Positions 49,201-63,399 of a stretch of DNA of 64,000 nt are shown in pieces. The translations under genes were made by a program, and so were the position numbers. The notes under the pieces are model-generated. The model was given only the letters and a program-made list of their open reading frames with translations. It was not told the origin of the DNA and did no database searches. The stretch lies in assembly GCA_047967505.1 (NCBI GenBank), contig CM106538.1; one strand, written 5' to 3'. This DNA comes from Dipteris shenzhenensis (lineage: Eukaryota). How positions within the stretch are numbered: position 1 is the first letter of the stretch; each line of letters begins with the position of its first letter.

Positions 49201-51571
49201 AATTTTGGGCATGGCTTAGATTGGCAACTTGGGGAAATTCAAAGTGTCCCCTCTATGGCGATCTGGTCTACTCTGATCTAGATCTATACCAATCGTCTAT
49301 CGATGAAAGAACAACAAATTATTCATTTTCTTTTGTTCTTTTTAAGTACTGGGTCAGATGCATCGATGTAGAGGCGAATGTGCGTGAAGGAAGTGGTTTT
49401 GTTAGGGTGAGGCTCAAATGTGAGTGTAACTTGCACTGAAATGTGTGCATGATGTAATGAGCGAGTAGAGCACGAAAAAATGAGCGACTTTCCTTTTTGG
49501 AGTGCCCTCAAATTCTTCCTGGATCAAGAGATACGACTTGATCTAGGTGGAGGGGCAAAAGGAGTGCAAATGGTGCTCAATGAAGATCTGTCACTGTGGG
49601 TCACATGCAGAGATGATGTGTCACTGTGGGTCACATGCAGAGATGATGTGGCACTGTGCCTAGCAAGAGGTGTGCCAGTGGAGCCCTGTGCTGAGGTGGC
49701 AGGAGTGGTCACATGCAGTGACTGTGAAGCACTATGTGTGCCTATAGAGGTCCAGTGTGCCACATGGCACTGATGGTGTGGCAAATGATGATGTCAACAA
49801 AGGTGACATGGCAATGATGATGTGGCACTAATGATGTGGCTATACTGATGTGGTAGTGATGACATGGCTGATGAGTTGGTAGGGTGATGTGTCCTACTAA
49901 GCTGGGGTGATGATGTGGCTACCACCATGGTAGATGACATGGCAGCTAGGCGCGCTTACTGATGTGGTAGATAATCTGCCACGTGTCAAATCATAGACCA
50001 CTCTTGTATTGAGTGGTTACCTTGGGATAGGGTTGCCACGTGGAGCTCTTCTTAATCAATAGCCTAACCTAAGGTCATCTTCATCAACCCTGGTTAGATT
50101 TGATCTACCACGTGTCGGTTGGAGAGGCACCAGAATCTTTACAGAAATCTGGATGATTTCGTTGATGGCCGCGACAGGCTGCAAAGCCGTTTGTTGCTGT
50201 GTGGAGAGAGGGGCTTGCCTGTGGAGTCTCTGGTGTAGAGGCGTGGCTAGCTTTGGAGCAGAGGCGGCCGTTTGGCTGTTGGAAAGGCATGTAGTTTGCC
50301 ATGAAAAAGAAAAGGAGCTGTCCTGTGTAGTCGTTGAAGGTTGATGACAATGGATAGGTGTCACGCATTGTCTAGAGCCTCGTGGATGAAGGCTAGCTTC
50401 TGGCTAAGCTTACATGTCAAAGAGTCTGTAGAGCCTGTATGAAGGTCATATTGCTGGGGCAGAGCTGGCCGGTCGTTAGTTTGTTGGCACTCGAGAGGCG
50501 TTGAGCACTTTAGAGCTAGCCGCTTGTCATGAGGCAGCCCCCGTATGGACGAGCTATCAATGGAGGCGGCCCGTGAGCTTAAGCTTTGTTGTGCATGGAG
50601 AGGGAGCCACAGTGAGTTGGAGCTCTGTGAACTTTGGTCGTTGCTGGAGGCGAAGTAGCTTTCTTGGAGAGGCTATGCACTGTGCGCTATAGAGGCTGCT
50701 AGTAGAGTTTCTAGGTCACTATAGAGGCTGAGGTTGCTACCACGAGCCATCGCAAGAGGAGCGTGCAAGGAGAGGCATTAAAGGCAAGCTATGACCGGTG
50801 TTGCAGCCCTCAGCCATCCAAGCTGTTTAACTCTTCGAAGTAGGTGGCTCATTGCTTTGAGGAAAACAGAGGAGTGTCCTTGAGTCGCAGAGATGGAGGC
50901 TCGTTGGAGCATGCTATGGGAGTGCTTAGGAGCCTTGCAGCTAGAGCCTAGTAGAAGGTGCAGGAACCTCTCTCACACAGGAGATTGAATCACAAAGAAC
51001 CTTACTGTACTAAAAAAAAACACTCAAGGTCTCTCTCGAAGAATACTAACAAGCACTACTTATCTCTCTCTCTTTAATCAATAAAGATCAAATGAAGGAA
51101 ATCTCAAATGAATTGGACGGAAATCTCTCATGAAATCTCTCTCTCCATAGATGGAAATTCTTCTCAAAATGAGAAGGAAATTTCTCTCTTTCAATGAACA
51201 AAAATCCTTCACTCAACGGAAGTGAATGGAATGAAAGACTACCTTTCAATCTCTCAATCTCACACTCTCAAGGATCTCAATGCCTTAGTGGAAGGAAAGG
51301 GTGCTCAGATACCATGACAAAATATAAAGAGGGGAGAGGAGAAGAGTGGAGATGAGGAGAGAGGGCACAGCTAGAGAGCACACCACAAATGACTAACTGT
51401 ACACTAGATTTAGTTGAAAAAATAGAATATATACAAACCCATTTAGGGTTAGGGTTAGGGGATCTAACCCCTTCCTTTATAGCACTCTATAAGGTTAGTG
51501 CTATGCACATATGATCAAATGATGGTGCTATGCACATGTGATCACATGATGTTGAGCGTGAACTCTCAACA
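46279..51571 (-). mobile_element. Copia F, internally deleted (RT, RNase H and part of 3' LTR lost)
   Basis: LTRs 46279-~46395 (truncated) and 51315-51571; PBS gctcagatacca 51303-51314; TSD acaag/acagg. Confidence 0.9.
46396..48789 (-). pseudogene. Copia F gag, protease, integrase
   Basis: KLDNSNYGTWKYRM; WHKRHGH; LIHTDVWG; RSDRGGEY; TPQQN; TPYEAF; KSCKCIMVGY. Confidence 0.92.
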
Positions 51572-53949
51572 ACAGGTAGGTCAAATGCTCACTGGATGGT
51601 CTCCACCATAAAGTGGTAGTAGTGAAGCTGATCATCTGCATGCACCTAGCTCCTAGTGCTTGTCGCATTGTTAGAGCTAGCTACAAACTCCGCAACCTGT
51701 CTAAGATTGAGGTGGCAGGGGAACTTTGCTGCCACTATTTGTAGCCCAACTGCTCTGATGTATGGCTCCACTTTGGGATCTCGCAGGGCCATGTACACCG
51801 TAGTGTTGTGGTAATACAATCTGTAATATTTAAGATTATGCCAAAACTACGAGTGCAAGATGATCCCATGTAGCTGCAACCTTGTAACTTGGACCCTATG
51901 TTCCAAGAAAATGTGCAATTCTATAGTGTCCTATATCCATCTTTTTTGGGGGTACGTATGGTAGATTGCTAGGCGGATGATTCCGGCTCTTGCTGCTGCT
52001 GTTGGTCCATTTGTTTGAGTAGGGGAATAGAGATTCTATGGAAGGAGGGGGGGTAATTCAGTGCTGGAGGGTGGAAGTGACTTCAGTGAGATCGTTGATG
52101 GAGAAGAGATTGTGAGCAGATACAGAGTGGGAGGAGATGGTGGACATCTATGAAAATGGTGAGCGGGAATCGTTTTGGAGGCTTTTGGGAGCTATGAGAA
52201 TTGGAAGAAAAATTCAGCAGAGTTTCAATATGACAGAAGGTGAGCTCCTAGAAATGAGGCAGGTTGTTTATATAGGGCACCTGTTAAAGCAACGAGTCGC
52301 TTTAGCAAATACCGCAACTGGCTTTATTATAGCAACGATTGGCATTAATCTAGGTTTATAGCAACAAGTACCATTATTAAAGTAGTGGGTAAACATTCTT
52401 AAAGCATCGGCTAGCTTTATTGGGATGGTGTGTCATTACGTTAGAGGTGGGTGCTTTATCCATATAGCAATGGGTATCGTTATTTATGGCAGTGCGACTA
52501 GGATTATCTTTTAGCGCATTGGGTGGCATTATTTATGGCAAAGAGTGGTGTTATTTTTTAGTGTAGCGAGTGAGGAAGTCGTTGCATTAAGGTTATAGTA
52601 GTGACTCAGTTTTGAAGACCCTAGTGATGATTTTGATTGTGGGAACTTCTGCTGGACTTCACCTTGGTGTGTGCAGTGTACAAATGAAGTGGTGCGGACA
52701 ATCATGATAGAAGAATAGTGAGTAGTATGTCCCGAGCCGTGTGATAGACTTAGTGATTGAAGTGTGAGTGGACAAATGGAGACTAGTCAGGAGCCTAGTC
52801 ACCTAGCCATGATGGACTGCCTGCTACGGAGTGGTGGATTAAATTGTGGAAGTCAAAGACTGACTTGACCTTGTTCTATTCTCACCTAGACCCTGTGCAT
52901 GGATAGTGGACTGGGAGCATTAAGTTTGAAAATACCTAGAATCCCTCTAGGTGATGTATTTGCTCAGGGCGCTTGTGAACAATGTGCAGGAAGCCTCCTG
53001 TAGAAGTGGTGTTGCACATTTGCTAGTATTAGATTCCACTTATTGGAGCACCACCTAGAGTTCGACACGAACGTGAAGAATGCATTGGGTTTTAGGTGAC
53101 TTGGCCAAAGCATTGTTGTGTGCCTCAGATGTTAGTGCTATAGGATGAGTGGTAGGTTCTAGTGGATCCATCGTGTATGTTGCTTTTGTGGATGTTGATG
53201 TTGAATTTGATTGTGGGGCAGGGTGCCTCAGAACCCATTGAGGATCTTGGCCTAGAGTGCAGTAGGTTCTTGTCTTACTACCCCCTTTTTAGAGATAGGT
53301 TCTTGTGTATCTACCATTATTCGACCCATCGATCCTTGTATAATAATGACTTAGGGGTACAAGGGTGTTTCTTATGGCTTCACCTTTGCTGTACTAACCC
53401 TTGTGGCCCCAACAGTAGGTTCTTGTGCTACTACCTCTCTTTGAGAGAGGCAACCTATTGTGTGACTACTGGGGTCTAGGCTGGAGATGATGTAAGGCAT
53501 CGCATGTGATTGCTTGAAAAGGTGGGTGCTTTGGGCACCCATATGAAGGTTTTTCCCTCATAGAATCCATGGGCTTCCAATAATCACTTTGTTATCCACA
53601 TTTGGAGTGGTGCTTCTTTTGATCCTTTGTTTGTTGGCATATGCTTGTCCTGCTTCCTTTTGGGATTGCAGTTTTATCTCTCATAGATGTAATGGGAGAG
53701 TGAGCAACCTAAATTGTACCCTTGCTCTTTTTGCGCGAAACCTAGGAAGAGGAACTGGTGTGTGAGTCCTTTGAGAGCTAGAATGAGCACTTTCCTCTAT
53801 GTGCCCATGATGCTGCTAGGGTTTAAATATTGTCCTTCTTGGGTGTGGCTACGGTGGGAACAGCTCATGGAACTGTGGGGTCTGTCAGCTGCTCTCCTTG
53901 CTTTCTCTCTTTAGAGGATGACATAGTTAAAGTCTTGGCATTGATCATG

Positions 53950-54210
53950 ATCACAAGGTGCAGTCATCGTAGGTAAGGGTCGCCGTGTGTTCTTGCCAAT
54001 CAAATTGGGACCAACCCTTGCATCAACCAACCCAAAAAAGGATGTCCTCACAGGCCTCCCATGAAGATATGTTTGGGGATAGATTGTAAGCACAAAAACT
54101 GATACAATGTAAAGGTGCCATCTCTTTTGACAAGGGAAATACAAACCATTATAAATGTGGGAGGTAGTACCCATCACAAATGTTAAAATAGAGTCATGGA
54201 TATGAGGATC
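53950..54210 (-). pseudogene. Heavily decayed retropepsin (Gypsy protease) C-terminal part
   Basis: Across frameshifts reads DIL..WL..VGP.FDWQEHTATLTY, matching the D-I-L-G-x-x-W-L...I-D-W motif. Confidence 0.45.
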
Positions 54211-55565
54211 TAGAGTTCAAGTGTTTGGACTCCCTCTTCCCCTATTTGATCTCATCATTAAATCATGTTATATTTCCTAACCTACTATAGGTTAAATTCA
54301 TTAAAGGTCTCTTGGTGGTATGTCCTTCTAGATTTTAGGATCCTCCTTGTAAGTAAGCATGCTTAGTGTGTAGTGTGCAGCATAAAGCTCAGTGTATCCA
54401 AGCCGTGGCTAAGTGATAGACTCACAATAGAAGAACTATTGGAACTGCACAGTTCCCTTCCTTCTCTCTTTAAGCATTTGTTTTGCTCTAAGTTTTGTGT
54501 GTCCCCTTGCCCTCACACTTTGCGCACATCCCCGATTCACATTCACTTTTCTCTACCCTATCTATTTAGAAACTACAAACTCAAATGAACAAAGGGCCAT
54601 AAGACAAATAGCTAAACCACCAGCCACAACATACATTCGATGTTAACAGTCCACATGTAGCTACCTTTATCCTTGGATTGGGTGAATTTCCACGTGTAAG
54701 TTGTGTGTTTGAAATTCCCATTTATGGAGATCATCCTACCTTTAATAGCCCAATGCCATTTAAAAATTCACCATTGATGTGGATCATTGGACATCCTACC
54801 TTTAATAGCCAATGCTGTTTAAAATTTTTGTTCCTTTCTCATTTAGGGAGTGCCCACTCGCACTTCTGCACTCTTATTTTAATTGGTCTCATATGAATCG
54901 ATTGCTCCATTTTAATTCATCTGATGTGATTGATTGCTCCATCCCCTCACCCTACTGATAGACATGAGCTTTTGGCCACCTTGAATTAATTTGTCTCATT
55001 GGTCTCATTACGTTTGTCTCATTGAAACTTGAAAGACGATGAGGTTGGTCTCATTTACTTGATTGGTTTTTCCATCCCCTCCACCTTGAATTAATTCATC
55101 TCATTGATTGATTTCTTTGTTTTGATGCTTGTCTCATTTGTTTATTGCTCCACCTACGCTACTGATAAAAATCCCCTTGGAGAAATCTAACGGCAAGAAG
55201 GTTGGAGACAAGAAAATGCTAATGTTGTGTGAAACTAACTCGTTATAAATTTGTAGACTACGTATATTTCTCAATCCCACATCAACTGCATTTCTCTATT
55301 ATGGCCAAGATTACCGCTCGAACCTTCTAGGTCCTTGTGTCATCTACTACATGGTAGTCTTACCTGCTGCGGATCCTGTCTGCAATGAAAGAGGAATCGG
55401 TCCAAAAGCTCAAGGTTGCTACACTGTGGCTCATTACTTTACCAAGGATTCATATCTCCTTTGTCCTTATGTTCTAATTACGCAGAGTGTTGGAAGTTGT
55501 GGTGTGGTAGCGAAGCTCTGTGGTGGTTATGCATAGGTGTGTCCTCAAGATGCAATGCTAGACTT

Positions 55566-55769
55566 TTTGGCCTTCCCTTTGGGTAGCCTAAAAAAATTGC
55601 GCAAAGCAAAAATTAGGCATTTTTAGAACTTTTGGAAGTGCATTTTTTCCTATTGGACAATATGTTGATACTTGGCTTCTCTTCATTAGCTCCTGTATGG
55701 ACTTGAATGTAGGATTTAAAGTGCCTGACTCTCTCTCTCTCTCCCCTCTCTCCCCCCTCTGTCTCTCTG

Positions 55770-55809
<40 letters not shown>

Positions 55810-55882
55810 CCCCCCTTCTTTATCTTGTGAAGTCTTCCTACACAGTGTCTCCACCTTTTCTTGCTCCCCCTACCCCCCCCCC

Positions 55883-55931
<49 letters not shown>

Positions 55932-56061
55932 TCTTTGTCTCTCTCTGTCTCTCTCTGTCTATCTCTGTCTATCTGTCTGTCTATCTGTCTGTCTCTCTCC
56001 CCCCCTTCCTTTAATTTGTGAAGTCTTCCTACACACTATCTCCACCTTTTCTTGCTCCACT

Positions 56062-56121
<60 letters not shown>

Positions 56122-57620
56122 TTATCCCCTGCAGTCTTCCTCCACACCATCTCCAGTGGTTTCTTTTTTTATCTTGGGCAGACTTCTGAATGATTAAATA
56201 TAATTCACCTTGTTTTAGCCCTGTGGTTTGATCTGTCCCCTCCTGGGTTATCCATTTCCATGCATTCATAGAGCCAACAATGCTCCAGCTCTATGACTTG
56301 CCTACCCAAAAGCAAAAATGCTCGGTTCGCCCTTATCCAAAAAAACTGATGTACCCCACCCCACCAATCCAATCGTGCTGAATAATATTTTTGAGTCTCG
56401 TGGACTGACATGGGCTTCAGTTTAGAGTTCGAAAGGTGTCATGAGATTGAATTCCATAGTGCAAAGAATCTAGATGCTCACTTTCCAGTACCCAAATGCT
56501 CATTCGACATGCATTTAGGAATTGAGTGGGATTGCTTAATGTATAATGTGCCAGGGTCGACAGGTGCTTCCATAAAACTACATAAAGTGCCAAGGTCCAC
56601 TCAAATTTAAAAACATGTGACTAAAATTTCTTTAATAAGCCTGCCTCCTCTCGTTCATGGGTGGGTGGAATGAACTTGTTTCTACTTATAACCTCTAGAT
56701 TGCTCACCATTTACCAAGAACTTTCTGATTCAGATAGTATTAGAACCGATGATGTGCCTTTGGTGCAACTCTGAAGTGCCAACTCCTATTTTTGAGTCTT
56801 TAATGCATCTAGTTGAGCTTTGGGGAACATCTGACAATCTACAGGGAGCTATGTATGAACTGTAGTGCTGCAGAGTTTGTACGTGACCATTTTTCATTAG
56901 CTGGACAAAGAGTAGCTTGTGAGCTTTAGATTGATGAAGCAGCATTGAAGGCAACGGTCAGAGCCAAATGGAAATCTTTGATTGGCTGGACTCAAAATTG
57001 CTCAAATCTATACCCTCCAAAATGAGGGCCAATTTGAGCACCAAAGCTACGCAGGATTAAAGCCTTAAGAGCAACCAGTGGCACATTTCTAGCCTCGCTC
57101 TTACATTTGGGTTGAGTTTTTAGTCCCGCCAAAACTTTAGAGTGCTCACACTTGCACCGGATATCATTGTCTTGAAACTCCTCGTCTTCCCCTCTCTACA
57201 CCACTAGCTCTATGCTTTCATACCATGAGCTTATTTGGGACATACTAAGTCTTACCAAGTTCATCCACTAGTTTTTACAGAGCTTAGTTTTTTCCAAAAT
57301 ATAGGTAAATCTTTAAGCTAAGACATGGGACATTATGCCAAAGATGAGTAAAGGGCATGGCTCTACTTAAATCCACATACTCTAGATTAGTAAGCTTAGC
57401 ACTCATTATTGGCCTACCCTCTGGGTAGCCTTAGCAATGCTTCAAATTGGGCAAAGCAAAAATTAGGCATTTTAAGAATCCTTGGAAGTACGTTTTTCCT
57501 ATTGGACAATATGTTGATACTTTTCTTCTCCTCATCAGCTCCAATATGGATTTGAATGCAGACTTTAAAGTGGTTGACTCTCTCTTTCTCTCTCTTTGTC
57601 TATCTCTTTGTCTGTCTCTT

Positions 57621-57676
<56 letters not shown>

Positions 57677-57690
57677 CTTTATCTCTTGCA
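55566..57690. repeat. Two ~250-bp direct repeats ending in (CT)n, about 1.84 kb apart, plus extra CT-rich subrepeats
   Basis: ttggcct.ccct.tgggtagcc...gcaaagcaaaaattaggcatttt...cctattggacaatatgttgatact at ~55567 and ~57409. Confidence 0.85.
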
Positions 57691-59199
57691 ATATTCCTCC
57701 ACACCATCACTTTTTTGTTTGGTTTTTGATCTTGTCTGTTAGATATCAATGCTCCACTCTCATGTAACTATGCAGGAACCAGCTAACTCTATCTTGTTTG
57801 AAAGTGGGTACCTGAGACCTCCATTTGGTTTCACGTGTTAGTATAGTGTACTTTGTATCATTTTCCTATTCTTGCAACATGAGTAGTCTCATTCGGTGAT
57901 TGATAGCTTCAAATATTGTGAATGTTTTGATTTTGGATGGAGATCTCGGGAGGGGGATTGTGGTTACCTCGATTACCTTTAACTAGCTGGTTGGAATTTT
58001 GAATTACAACATTTTTTATTTCAATTTTAAAAAAAACATCCGGCCAATTCAAAAGAAAACTTTTTTTCTAGATTTGTGCCATGAACCATTACATAATCTT
58101 TATAGGTATTAAGCTAATAATTTGGTCACAATAGCAATGTGAAAGGGCCACTCTTACTATGATAGTTTGCACATAATATGGTTAGCGCTTGTCAAGGTTA
58201 CCATGCTCCAGATGTGATGTTAATCGAAGGATTCATCAAGCAAATGATCATAGGAGGAAATTTTTAATTCAATTCCCATTACTCATGAACATCAAGCACA
58301 CAAAGGAACCAATAACTCATGTTGTCTCTTTTAGTGTAGTATGTGAGTAATGGTTCCAAGTTAGAGCTATTACGTATTGTTTTCACATTTTTGAAGTAAA
58401 ATGGATTTCTTATGAAAATTTTGGATTAGAAAAAAGAAAAAGACTATAAAAAGTGTGGATACAAAAACACAAAAATTAGAATTAAAACCAATGTCAAAAT
58501 ATGCGCGCCTATCTTTAAATATTTCCATGCTATTTTTGCTACCTCGATCAAAATTTTGACACATTTATGAACACAAGTAGCCACACTTTTCGATCATTAT
58601 TTCAAAATTTTGGACACTATAATCAACATTTATTTCATAGTGTTTGACAATGTGCAAGGTCGATGGTGGCATCCTTTGTAATGGCATGAGCCTCAATGAC
58701 CATGTCAACCCTTGCCTTTGACTCCTTTTATCATGTAGTGCTATTTCCCTTATTGCCTAGCATCGTAGTCCTTGGCTGTTATCACCTGTTGCCTCATGCA
58801 CATGGTCATGATGACCTTAATGCATGGCCTGGGCTTCAGGCATTTGGTACAGCTAATGGATTGATGGGTTTCTATTGCTCTCTTCTTTGCTGAGTCCTTT
58901 GCTAATTAGATCCCTTTATCCTTCAGATGGAGCTTCCTCTACTTGCTTCATCCTTTGGTTTGTGAGCTTACCTTCAGCCACAATTAAATTCTAAACCATC
59001 TATTCAAAGGTTCCACACTCATCCCCCCACTATTTTAAGCTACATCCCATTTGTTGGGTCTGTTTATGGAGGCGGTGCCTTGTAGTGCTTTTCCATAGTA
59101 TAGCGGGAGGCTCATTGCACTAATGTACCAAGTCATAAATACTATTGACATCAATAGTAGAGGTTTTGCATGCACTAGTAGAGGGTATTAGCTTGTGCA

Positions 59200-59900
59200 A
59201 GCCTTGGATCCATCATGAATTATGTAAGGAGGGTGTCTTGCTACAGCTCAATGACCTCAACCAAACAAAGGGTGACATGCTGTATGACTTTATAGCAAAG
59301 ATAAGGGTGCAAACTAACCAGCTCACCAAATCACAAGATGAGATGGCATTCTGGTCTTGACCAATGAGTGGCCTCACCTTAGGAATGGGGCTACATAACA
59401 TTGCGATAGCACACCCAATGACATAGTTTGATGAGTTGCTTCAATGAGTGCTTGTGTTAGAAAAGGAAAATTCAAAGTCTCAAAGAAAAAAGAAGTGACC
59501 CACCCAAGAATTGGAGAGTAACGATGAACAACGAGACAAACTAGTGCCAAGAAAGGAAACCAATGTTGAGAAAGGTTGGATCAATAAAAATTTGAGGAAA
59601 CCTAATAAAAGGAGGGACCTTGTACCACAATGCAAGACCTAGATTCATACATGGGAAGTGAGTGTTAGTCAGGCATAGGGTGCAAAATTTGAATTTACCT
59701 TAGCCACTTAGCGAAAGATTGTTGTAAACCAAGAAATGCAAATGGTATATGTTCAAAAGCGGAATAGGAGATGAAGAAGGCCTACCAGGTCAAAACACTA
59801 AAAAGCACTGACATAGTGTTTCTTATGTGGGAGGAGGGTCACCAAAAATGCAAGTGGCATTTATGCAAAAAGAAACTTGACATGCTCACAAAACATGCAT
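59200..59900 (+). pseudogene. Gypsy gag relic
   Basis: LLQLNDLNQTKGDMLYDFIAKIRVQTNQL; CFLCG..GH Zn-knuckle remnant near 59820. Confidence 0.6.
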
Positions 59901-62639
59901 GTAAGAAGATTGTGCACATCAAGCAAGTACAGTGATAACCAAGGTAGACAATAGTAGTCACCCAATCACGAGGTCCATCCAAAATAGAACCAAAGAAGCC
60001 AAAAGAACAACAATTTCATTGGAAAAGGACAACAAAGAATAGCCCATGAGCTAAAGAAGAACAAACCACTCATCAAAGTGGGAGAAAGCTCAAACCGACA
60101 AGAACTCAAAAGGTAGCCAATAGACTAGAACAACTGACTGAGTGGGGGGGGCAATGAAACCTAAACTGAACTATAAAGCAAGTAGATCAACATAGCATAG
60201 GAGAAGTTTTGCAAGCTAAATATGACAACTGTGATTGCCAACTAATGGAAGTGTCTCCCCATCCAAATCTATTGACAGAGTAGCAACCCCAGCCACACCC
60301 CTAGCCATTGAAGTGATTATAAGAACAATTTGGGGTGAAGAGGTACTTGAGATTCATGTCAAGGTCTGAAACCATATGGTGAAGGATTGATAGTCAATGG
60401 TAGAGGATTGGTCATCTCAAAGTCATATCAGATGATCGAGAGAATCATGGACCTAATTGAGAAATCAGTGGTGGTGAGATTAGTGGACTTGGAGCTCACT
60501 TGGAGATGATTTCTCTCTTGGGCACATGCATTGTATCACTTCCCTACTTAAGGCAACCTCTACTCATGAATAAAACTCTCTTTTTCCCATTATGCTTCCA
60601 TTTAGTTTCCTTCATGGGGTATCAGAGCCTCGCCACCCTCTTGGAGCCTTCATCCCTCACTATGCCACATCATCATCTTCTTCCCCACCTCTCTCCTTAT
60701 TCATTCTTCCCCACCTCTCCTTATTCATTATTCCTTCCCCCTTTTGCCCCAATTTTTCCTTGAGCTTGTTCCCCCACTCCACTGCACCATTCTACAAGCC
60801 CTTTGAGTTGAAGACTCCTCTTGACTAGCTAAACCCCTGGTCCAAAGCAATTAGGGAATGATCTCATCTATAGCCCGTGTTACCACTTGTAGGTCACTCA
60901 TATTTTGCATAATGTTGCCTGTTGGAGTAACAACACTCTAATTCCTCTTAGCCATAGTTGTGTGACACTATGAACTAGCTCCAGTTCAAATATGAGATGA
61001 ATTGGTCCACTGAGCAAGGAGAAATCGACAAAAAACCAATCGGTAATGGCCACACTTTCTATGGTGGCTAGGCACAACATTTTGCTCCTTCTTTGCTCTG
61101 CTAAATCTCTGGTACAAGGGCTTCATTTGAGCTCAAAAAGACCCTTGATTGGACTTATTTTGGTGAGAAATTGATGCTCAAAGATTGTTACTTTTTTGCA
61201 ACATATTTTGGGCTTTTTAAAGCAAATGTGAATCGAAATGCAAACACTTTATGCTAGCTATAGTATTTCCTATTGGTGGAAGTTAGTTTTGAAGGATTGA
61301 AATTCATAGAAGTGATTGGAAGTTGGATTCATTTGCATTTATGGGGGTGATGTGCTCATTGCATATGACACTTGATTGTGATCATTGATTTGGTTGTTAA
61401 ATGACTACCTCTTATGAGTCATCCAATCTTTGGTATATCAGAGTGAAGAAGCCCATCAAGAACAAGTCAAAGTCAGTCCAATAGGAAGGTTACAAAGCTT
61501 CAAGCAAAACCTCAAGTTCCCTACTACTATTAGTGTGCAAAGAACCTTAGATTCTCATATTTTATTGCTTGCAATATGCACTTGTATGGTGGTCTTCATT
61601 GTGTACTTTCAAGGAATGAAATAGAAGCTCTCCTTTCTCTCATTCTCTTGCATTGAGTTTCCTTGTTCTTTCTTGTGAGTTGTCTTGTGATTGCCACTCT
61701 CCCTTGCTCCCATCTCCCTCCCTCATGCTCTCTTTTCCCTTCTCTCCCCCTCTCCCCTTTCTTTCCTTTTTCTTATGGAATTTCTTGCACACGATCTATA
61801 GACACTTGGGTGACACAAGCGAGCTGTTTACTTATGAATGAAGTGGTTTTTTCTCTAAAGTTATATTTAAAGACCCCTCTTTTTGAATGCATGCATGAAG
61901 CTCTCACATCTCTAGTAGCATGTAGAGACACATGCCTTAGTGCATCAAACTCATTAAATGATTCCATGTTAGCATCCATTATTGATGCTTTCACCTCTAA
62001 CATGGAGCATATCATGTCCTTGGACACATTCCACCAACAGTGATTAGTAGATCAGTCATTAGCACTTTTCTAATGATGCATCCATTCTTTACAATTCATG
62101 TAGTACTTGCTTTGCATCTAATGATGCATCCATTCTTTATGATGCATGTAGTACTTGCTTTGATCAACTTGCAATTTTCTTGGTCTCTACAAACAACAAT
62201 TTGCCTTACATACCTAAAATAAATGCAATGCAATAGCATCCCCAGATGAATGAGCTAATCAACTATTAACCATGGAACACTGCAAATCAACTCACAATGA
62301 TGGAATAGTGCAAATCAATTTCAACCATGGAACGATGCAAATCAACTTGCAATGAATGTCAAAAGCAATAGATGCAAGATCTCCATATATAAACACATTA
62401 GTAGTAGAGAGATGAGTGGATACTAGGAATATAATATCAAGCTAGTGGACTTAGGATAGTGAGCAAGAAGAGACTCAGATGAAAAAGGGGAGTGGGCAAA
62501 TTGAGTAAAGTCTAGGAAAAACTGAAAAGGGGACCTCCAGTAACCTTGCTAAGGCAAAGACGTCCAAAGTTCACTAGTACAAGTAGAATGGGTATGTTTG
62601 AGAACCTACCACTCAGTGCATAAAGAGATGTAGAAGAAA

Positions 62640-63340
62640 TGAGGGACCAAAGATAAGGTTGAAATTTGAAAAGTCCATGGGATGAGAGGGATGTACAAAT
62701 CCCTAATTCCATGTGCAAATTTTTTGTAATATTGCAAGTCAATGGAGGAAGAGTACTTCCCCACCATGTTTATAAACAAGTTTCACTGAGTGGTTTGCTT
62801 AGTATCCAAATGATCACTCCTTGATGATTTCACCACATGAGATGAGTTGAAGGAAGCTTTCTTGAGGGGGTTTCAACATGAGTTTAACAAAGAGGACTCG
62901 TGAGACGAAGCTCAATAGAATCAAACAGAAGTTGGGTAAGCTAGTGTATTACTTTGTAGCATGAATGAAGGTGCTGATCAACCAACCAGACAATGAGCAA
63001 GACAAAAAAAGCATTGTGATTCTAGTTGTTGTTGAGTGGTCTTGGCAATCTTAAAGAGTTTCACAACATGGAGATCACCTATTGGATAATGATGTACCAT
63101 GAATCTCTTCACAATGCAATCACAATAAACAAGGGGAAATCAATGAACCCAAAATCAATAAAAAGGCTCTCTTCCATGAGGTGGACAATGAAGAGGAAGA
63201 AGATGACAATCATTGTTCAACAATTTCAAGAGGACTGTAGAGGTCTATCAACTGGAAAGGGAGGCAAACATGTCTTATCAAGGAGAAACAATGCTATAAA
63301 GCATGTGATCTAGATGATCATGTGACAATTTACTGTAATA
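62640..63340 (+). pseudogene. Gypsy gag relic
   Basis: EWFA*YP...T*DELKEAFLRGF...KLNRIKQK; Cys/His knuckle remnant near 63290-63335. Confidence 0.6.
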
Positions 63341-63399
63341 GTGTCCTGCAAGAAATGGAAGAAAAAGGGCTCATCAGATGAATCTAAAGAAGCACTCAA

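Larger units (their letters stand above)
45600..52150 (-). pseudogene. Decayed retrotransposon accessory ORF (putative plant transposon protein-like, with coiled-coil tail), interrupted by Copia F
   Basis: LNLRQVAEFVAS...FMVETIQ*AFDLP (51575-51830) continues past the TSD into N*VDFFYKEII...FLMPIIHHL and the E/K-rich 45691-45882; family recognised from motif memory only. Confidence 0.5.

Noticed and set aside
53911-54177. ORF with FFGLVDAR resembling the D-motif of 30K viral movement proteins
   Set aside because: Adjacent frames give DIL..WL...FDWQEHTATLTY, better explained as a frameshifted Gypsy protease; no caulimovirus-like context
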